DNA of 64,000 bases, taken from the NCBI GenBank assembly GCA_964035575.1, contig OZ037837.1:1922001-1986000 (forward strand), read 5' to 3'. The stretch comes from Rhynchopus sp. YZ270_cl-10. Its lineage: Eukaryota. The notes under the pieces are model-generated. The model did no database searches, was not told where the DNA came from, and saw only the letters and a program-made list of their open reading frames with translations. Position numbers and translations under genes: made by a program. Shown piece by piece: positions 57,700 to 64,000 of the stretch. The first letter of the stretch is position 1. Each line of letters begins with the position of its first letter.

Positions 57700-60507
57700 A
57701 TGAAAGTGTCGTTGCGGAACCTGAACATCCTGCTTGCGCTGGTCTGCATTGTGATCACAGCCGTGGTGTGCATGGTGATGAGCATCACGAGTGCCGACGC
57801 TGCACTGTCCGACACAAACACGCTTGTTGAGAACACTGCTGACGAATGCTTTGGCACTGGGGATGCGTCCCTGCGGGCAGCACTGGAGGACTACCTGACG
57901 TCTGTGCAGGAGGGAGCGTCGCAGATCATTGTCAACTTCCTTGAGATGCACCGCACCTTGACGCAGAAGCTGACTGCCGAGATGGGCGCATACCCACCAG
58001 CGGTGTCTGAGTCGTGGGACTTCATGATGACAAAGCGATCCTCACTGGTGAACCAGTTTCGCTTGTTCAACAAGCTGGGGGTGACAGGCGTTGTGACCAT
58101 CGGGCGCAAAGGCCAGGCTCTGATATATTTTGAGGACTCACGCACGATCTCGAACCCTATCGACGGCTACCACCACTACTTCATGGAGAGCAACAACGGC
58201 AGCGACTACGATGCTGAGGCAGGCACACCGACTAAGGACCGCACCATCCTTGGTACTGCGCATCCCCGCACAGGTGAGTTTGTGGCACCGGGTAACGTCC
58301 CCCTGACATGGTCAACCGACGGCCGGCAGACGGGGTGCCCGAACGCTGATATCGCCTTCAAGACGAACGGAGCTCAGCCTGTGGCCCGCTGCAATGTGCA
58401 TAACTTCGACATGCGCAAAGGCATGTACGAGTTCGCTGCCTTCACCACTGTGCATGGCGAGGCTGGTGTGCGTTGGTCACATCTGTTTGTGATGCCGCCC
58501 TACGTCGGACTCTTCATGTTCGGCACATGGTCGCATGAGACAGTACCGAATACCAAACTCGGTGTCGTCTTGATCGGTCTTGATGTGCGTGCCGTCACAC
58601 GTGAGCTGGGAAAAATCAAGCTTGGGAAGGGAGGGCCCACGTCAAAGGGAAGGCTCTACACCTGTGCGAAGAGTAACTGGATGTATGACCGGACAGGAAA
58701 CCCGGGGTTCAACCAGGAGCACGTCCTGACGGCAGTTTCGCACGGAGAGTATGTGTTTTTGTATTCCTGAGAGCGCGACGCAGAGTCGCTATGTCACTGC
58801 TGTGTTTCATCAGGCCCGATGTGATATTATGACACCGATGCGTCAGACGTGCTGACATATATCTATTTGCAAACGTTTCTTGTGGTTCGATATTGTGGCT
58901 CAATCTTTTACACTCGTGCACAGAGGTGCTTTTGTACTTCCAACTTCCATTCTCTTTAGATCGAATTCTCCACACTTCACACCACTTCAGAGCTACCTAC
59001 TATTCACACGAGACGCTGACCGTCAAAATCTTGCACGCGATGAACGCAACGGACGAGATCATCCGGTCCACGGCCCGACACATTGACGCCATTGACGGGC
59101 GCTACGATGCTATGGCCAACAAAAGCATTCATGCGTACATGATCTCCGTCAACGGGACTGAGGAGCAGTTCTTCTTGCGGTATGTAGGCCACAGCCAGAC
59201 AAAGAAACATAAATATATGTACGATGTCCTACGTTGCGAAGTGGACGTAATCTAATCTATTTGCACTCAGGCAGGTAACGTCCAAAGTGTGTTTTTGGTA
59301 TTTGCGTCACATCACATATCACAGTGCACAAAGGCTGAACGACGGTTTTGGTATAGACTGGTGGCTGGTGATCACCCTGGACCGAGAGTACATGCTTGGC
59401 GACATTGACCGGAGCACACTTGCTGCACAGGAGCGCATCCGTGACGAAGTTGACAGTGTGGATGAGAACCTTGTGCGCTCACGCATCATCCTTGTTGTGA
59501 CTGTTGTGGTCATGCAGACGTCGTTCCTGCAGATGCTTCGCAACCTGAAGGAGTACCGCAACTACATGCCTGCCTCTGTGCTGGTTGATGTGTCGGCCAC
59601 TGAGACTGACGAGGAGAGTAGTGTCTCGGATGAGACGACTTCGCAGACACAAAGCCGTGCCGCTGCATCCTCCACACTTGCGTCACCCACTGCACAACAC
59701 CATTTACTCACCATGCAGAAGCTTGAACAAAAGAAGGTGGCCTTTTCTGTGGTGAACGTGCGCAGCTTCTTTGAAGTCTCACATGACCTGCAGAGTCGTG
59801 AGGTGCAGGCACACCACACGGAGTACCTGAGCACGGTGCTGAGTATCACGCCGGAATTCAATGGCGTGAACGACGGCTTCTCAGGCGACCGTGTCATGAC
59901 GCACTGGAACGGTGCACGCCACTGCAGCTCACCGAAGCTGCAGGCAGCGAAGTTCTCTCACAAAGTGCGCACTGACAAGACACTGCAGGCTCATAAGTGG
60001 ACACTCTCGATGGCCTTCGTCTGTGCAGAGGTGCGGTGCGGGAACATGGGCTGCGAGGGCATGAAGAAGTACACCTTCCTTGGCGGGTGTGTGCCGTGGC
60101 TGCACGCACTCGAGAGACTCAACAAAACGTACGACACAATGATCCTGCACGACAACGTCACGCACTCGTCTGTTGCGAATGCCTTCTACTCCAAGACGAT
60201 CGCCTGTGTGTCGTACCCAAAGTTCCGTGAAACCTTAATCTTGAGCGAGCTGCGTGAGGAGATGAAGACCGAGAACGAGGAGTGGATGTACCAGCTGGAC
60301 AAATGCGCTGCAGCAAACAGCTACGAGGGCCGCAACACTGCGATGGCGCACATCTTCGCAGCACAGTGGGACGACGCTGTTGCTCTGGCACAGAAGCTTG
60401 GCGACGCTGACAGAGCAGAGGTCGAAAGGCACTGCACTGCAGCAAGGGCGGTGCCCGAGGAGAAGAAGTACAGGACGGACACTGCGCTTCCTATTGAGAA
60501 CATTTAA
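57700..60507 (+). CDS. Receptor-type cyclase-like protein, copy 2 (3 exons), lacking part of TM2 and most of the HAMP-like region
   Basis: Exons 57700-58748, 58991-59179 and 59325-60507, with the same intron positions as copy 1. In-frame 52-aa deletion at ~59510. Confidence 0.8.
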
Positions 60508-60699
60508 GGTGCGTGGAGAAGTACCGTATTCGTACAAATTAGCGACCGTAAAAAAGGTCGAACTTCCAGAAAAATCCTGAAAAGGTCGAATATGAGTACG
60601 GTCGATAATTTGTACGAATATGGTTTGCATGTTGCCGTTGTGCGTATCTATCTATGTATCTCTCTTTTATTGTCGTAGCCTAGCACACATTCACAGTCC

Positions 60700-60905
60700 G
60701 CCTGAGTCCGCCAAAAAAAATCCGCCCGAGTTGAGTGGGGTGTACACTAACACCCACTTTCACATTCTTTCATCCCATTTCATCCCATTACACATGAATT
60801 ACGCCGTGCCCGACACCCCATATATTGAGGCGGACTTTTGACTGATTCCGCGCAACCTGGGTAAAATTACGTCTCACGTCCGCCCGAGCTTTGGCGGACT
60901 CAGGC
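60700..60905. mobile_element. Small putative MITE (~206 bp)
   Basis: Inverted repeat GCCTGAGTCCGCCAAA / TTTGGCGGACTCAGGC, with CAGTCC on both flanks and repeated TCCGCCYGAG motifs. Boundaries are ambiguous. Confidence 0.55.
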
Positions 60906-61253
60906 CAGTCCGCCTGAGTTGGGGTACGGCACCGTCGCTCCATTCCCACTTCAAGATACTGCTCCAGCACTCAGAAATAATAAACCTACATTCTCAACCT
61001 TTTCTACTGACGTAATTTTCATTGGACGCATCCCCACAGACAGTATTTATTTCCGAACAATCATTCAAAAATCCTAAAGAGCCCATTCATTTCGGTTTGT
61101 ATTATTTCCTTACGAACCGTACACGTACCGTTTCGTATGTTTACAAAAAAAATAAACATGCCTCCCCATCCCCATGTCTATCGAGAAAGATTACTGCTGC
61201 CTTACGGCATACAGTTGTAGACTGATTAGCGCAAATAATAAAAACCCCTTTCA

Positions 61254-61853
61254 TGGTGTGGCTGAAAGGGTCTGATTCGCACTTTTCCGCACTTTCTCGC
61301 ACTTTTTCCGCACCTATTCGCACTTTTTCCGCACTTTTTCCGCACTTGTTCGCACTTTTAGCATGTAGGCTTGCTGACTGTCTTTGCCAAATACACAGAC
61401 ACACAGGTACAGGTACGGTAGGTACCCACAGAATACTGTGTACTGTAGGTACTGTGTACCTGTGTACCTACACAGGTACACAGACACAGTCAGCAAGCCA
61501 ACATGGTAAAAGTGCGAATAAGTGCGGAAAAAGTGCGAAAACCGTACCTACAGTACCTACAGTACCTACAGTACCTATAGTACCTACAGTACCTACAGTA
61601 CCTACAGTACCTACAGTACCTACAGTACCTACAGTACCTACAGTACCTACAGTACCTACAGTACACAGTGTTCAACTTTTATATGTATATATGTATATAT
61701 TATTTATGTATACAAGGTGGGGAAAAATTTTTTGGGGGCTGATTCGCACTTTTTCCGCACTTTTTCCGCACTTTTTCCGCACCTATTCGCACTTTTTCCG
61801 CACTTTTTCAGCACTTTTCCGCACTTTATGCTCCCCCCCGTTCAGCCACACCA
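61254..61853. mobile_element. TIR element with TG...CA ends, 5-bp TSD and an internal 9-bp array
   Basis: Same TGGTGTGGCTGAA TIR as 52865-53504. TTTCA is duplicated at 61249-61253 and 61854-61858. Subterminal GCACTTTTTCC repeats. Confidence 0.9.
61542..61665. repeat. 9-bp tandem array (CAGTACCTA) x ~13
   Basis: Read directly. Confidence 0.95.
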
Positions 61854-63431
61854 TTTCATCTTTTGTTTAGTTGGTACGCTACCCACGTCATACGCGAAAA
61901 TTAAGTTGAATCTCCTTTAGTACCTGTTCTTCGACCCACAGCATATTAATATATATTTGATTGCGGGTATTGAATAATTATTGTAAAACACCTGAGTGTA
62001 GTTTTCCTTTGAGAATGTTCTCCACCTACTAACACCTGTCTGTTCCACCAACGTATGCGCCCCTTGCTTTTTCTATTCTAGGGCGGGTTGGAGCAGAGCC
62101 ACACTTCACCGAAAACAAAACAGTTTCCCTGAACTGGTCTTGTCTATTCTTTCTTGACGCACTGTTACCTATTGTTCACACAGTTGCTCTGCTGGCGTGC
62201 TGTTGCTAACTACTTTACACACCGTTGTCCCTATCTTTTATTGTGGTGTAGCCTGCCTGCCTTACGGCATACAGGACAGACTAATAGCGGTCGTGGGGAA
62301 CTTCCTCACTCTTTGTTTTTCTACCCCGAGACATCTTAAGATTGCACGGGTTGTTTCTCACCACTACATGAGAGCTCGCGGTTCTTTTATCAAACAGATT
62401 TTATTCTCCGCCCCGTACCCAAAATGTAAACACCATTTTCAATCAGGGAAAAATATTTTGTTACATTTTTCCAGCGTTTCCTGAACAGTAGAATCCTTAT
62501 TTTCGTGTCGTGTAGACTGTTTTCTGTGTCGTGTAGGATTTTGTGTTTTCTCGTTATCATGTTATCTGGGTGCGAACACGTCGCGCAAATCAAATACGCT
62601 CAGATTGCGGTCCTGTGGAATGGAATGGAATGGAATAAACGATAAAGGGAATTGATTTGGTCAATACCTGGAGTGTTGAGACCAACGAGCTGTTTGCATC
62701 TTCGACATTTGCAAGTTAATGCACACTCTTTACCATGGCGGGCTGGATGAGCTTCGCTGACAGATCAACAGTTTTTGTACTAAGAAACTGCACCAGAGGG
62801 CCTATACACTGCTGTGATGTTATCCAAACATTTGGCATTCTGGATCACATACGGTGGATGTGGTTCTAGCACATTCTGTGGCTTCTCGATTCCAACTCCT
62901 TTTTGGAACGTCATCCAGTCCGTCACACGAACGCTGCTAGCGTCCAGGTGTAGAGGTTCGACTCCATGGCGGTTTTTGTGTTCGCAAATATTTATCTGAA
63001 CAAGATAAAACAATAAGCTCGCGGTTCTTTGCACCTTGTGTTTCTAATAAAAACCAAAAGCGTTGTGTGTGAATAAAATACATAAAACAACACAGTTATG
63101 TTTACACCACAGTGAGTGCACAAAAAAAGAAGCAAACACCTGTCCCCCTGCTTACGAATAACAACCGGCAACACACATCCCCACTCCTTCTTCAGGTTTT
63201 CCAAACTAGCGGTTGCCAGGACACCCTTGCCTCGATAGTGCTGTGCACCACCACCCTCTGTCACATTTCTGTCAAGACGTCGACACGAGGGAAGCAAGGG
63301 TCATACTTCCTTGTGTTGCGGTCCGCTTTGCCCTCTCTCCTGTTGAGGTGCTTTGTGTCGCGGTGCTGGTTTCTCTCTATTCCCCTGCCCTCTCTGCATG
63401 CCACTCACTTTCAGGAACTTTCTAATACAAC

Positions 63432-64000
63432 ATGATGTTAGCCAGATCTGTGGCTGTTCTAGCTGTGTTCCTGTCACTAGGAACACATGTGCAGGCAGCA
63501 CGCAAGTATGAAGGTGTGCAGATCAGCATTGTGATGTCGGAGTGGGCAATGCGTCCATTTGGCCCATACGTGAAGCGCTTCTACGACGAAACAGGGTGCA
63601 ACGTGACGCTTGTGCGTGACGACTCCGCCTCACTCATCAAAAGGATTGCTGCAGCTTCGGACAGCGGCTTCGGAGAGGACGGGTACATGATTCTGTCGCT
63701 GGACCTTCCGCAGCTGGCACGTTCGGGGCACGTCCGTGACCTGACGGACAGGATTCGTGATGACGACAAACTGGCATGGGACGATCTGCTCCCGTTCTAC
63801 CGTGACCAGAACACTGCGTACCGCAAGCGCACCTATGGCATGCCGTCTGACGGTGGTCTCATTGGCATGTTCGGGCGGAAGGACCTGGTCCCCATCGGAA
63901 GCGAGCCAGAGACTGTGGAGGAGCTGCTAGCGATGGTGAAGCGCTTCGACGGGCAGGACTTGAACGGCGATGGGATCCCCGACCGTGGGTGGTGTGAGTG
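63432..64000 (+). CDS. Signal-peptide protein with a bacterial family-1-like extracellular solute-binding domain; 3'-truncated
   Basis: Manual translation (absent from the ORF track because there is no stop in the window): MMLARSVAVLAVFLSLGTHVQAARKYEG...DLTDRIRDDDKLAWDDLLPFYRD...YGMPSDG...RKDL...PETVEELL...DLNGDGIPDRGWC. Confidence 0.85.
   Translation, partial: MMLARSVAVLAVFLSLGTHVQAARKYEGVQISIVMSEWAMRPFGPYVKRFYDETGCNVTLVRDDSASLIKRIAAASDSGFGEDGYMILSLDLPQLARSGHVRDLTDRIRDDDKLAWDDLLPFYRDQNTAYRKRTYGMPSDGGLIGMFGRKDLVPIGSEPETVEELLAMVKRFDGQDLNGDGIPDRGWCE

Noticed and set aside
1..64000. tRNA, rRNA or prokaryotic defence systems
   Set aside because: None recognised; the context is eukaryotic with spliceosomal introns.

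Overview
Eukaryotic, probably euglenozoan (diplonemid-like) genomic DNA. The taxon is inferred from co-oriented genes, canonical GT-AG introns and EEWMY-type cyclase-like families. All host genes lie on the + strand, many as tandem duplicates. They include a LamG-like repeat surface protein (5'-truncated), three multi-TM class III cyclase-like genes, a SABATH methyltransferase, a ubiquitin-like/WD40 pair (one disrupted), a GT90 glycosyltransferase and an ankyrin protein. There are also two secreted copper-monooxygenase-like proteins with an internal DOMON domain, two frameshifted CUB-like/EGF-like type I membrane genes, two three-exon receptor-type cyclase-like genes, and the start of a solute-binding-domain protein. 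Intergenic DNA is dense in transposon material: a DD37E Tc1/mariner element, a 5-kb nested insertion stack with a hAT remnant, and about ten non-autonomous TIR elements. Several TIR elements with unrelated termini share one conserved internal core. Two share TGGTGTGGCTGAA termini, 5-bp TSDs and central 9-bp arrays. All family calls come from motif recognition by eye; no searches were run.
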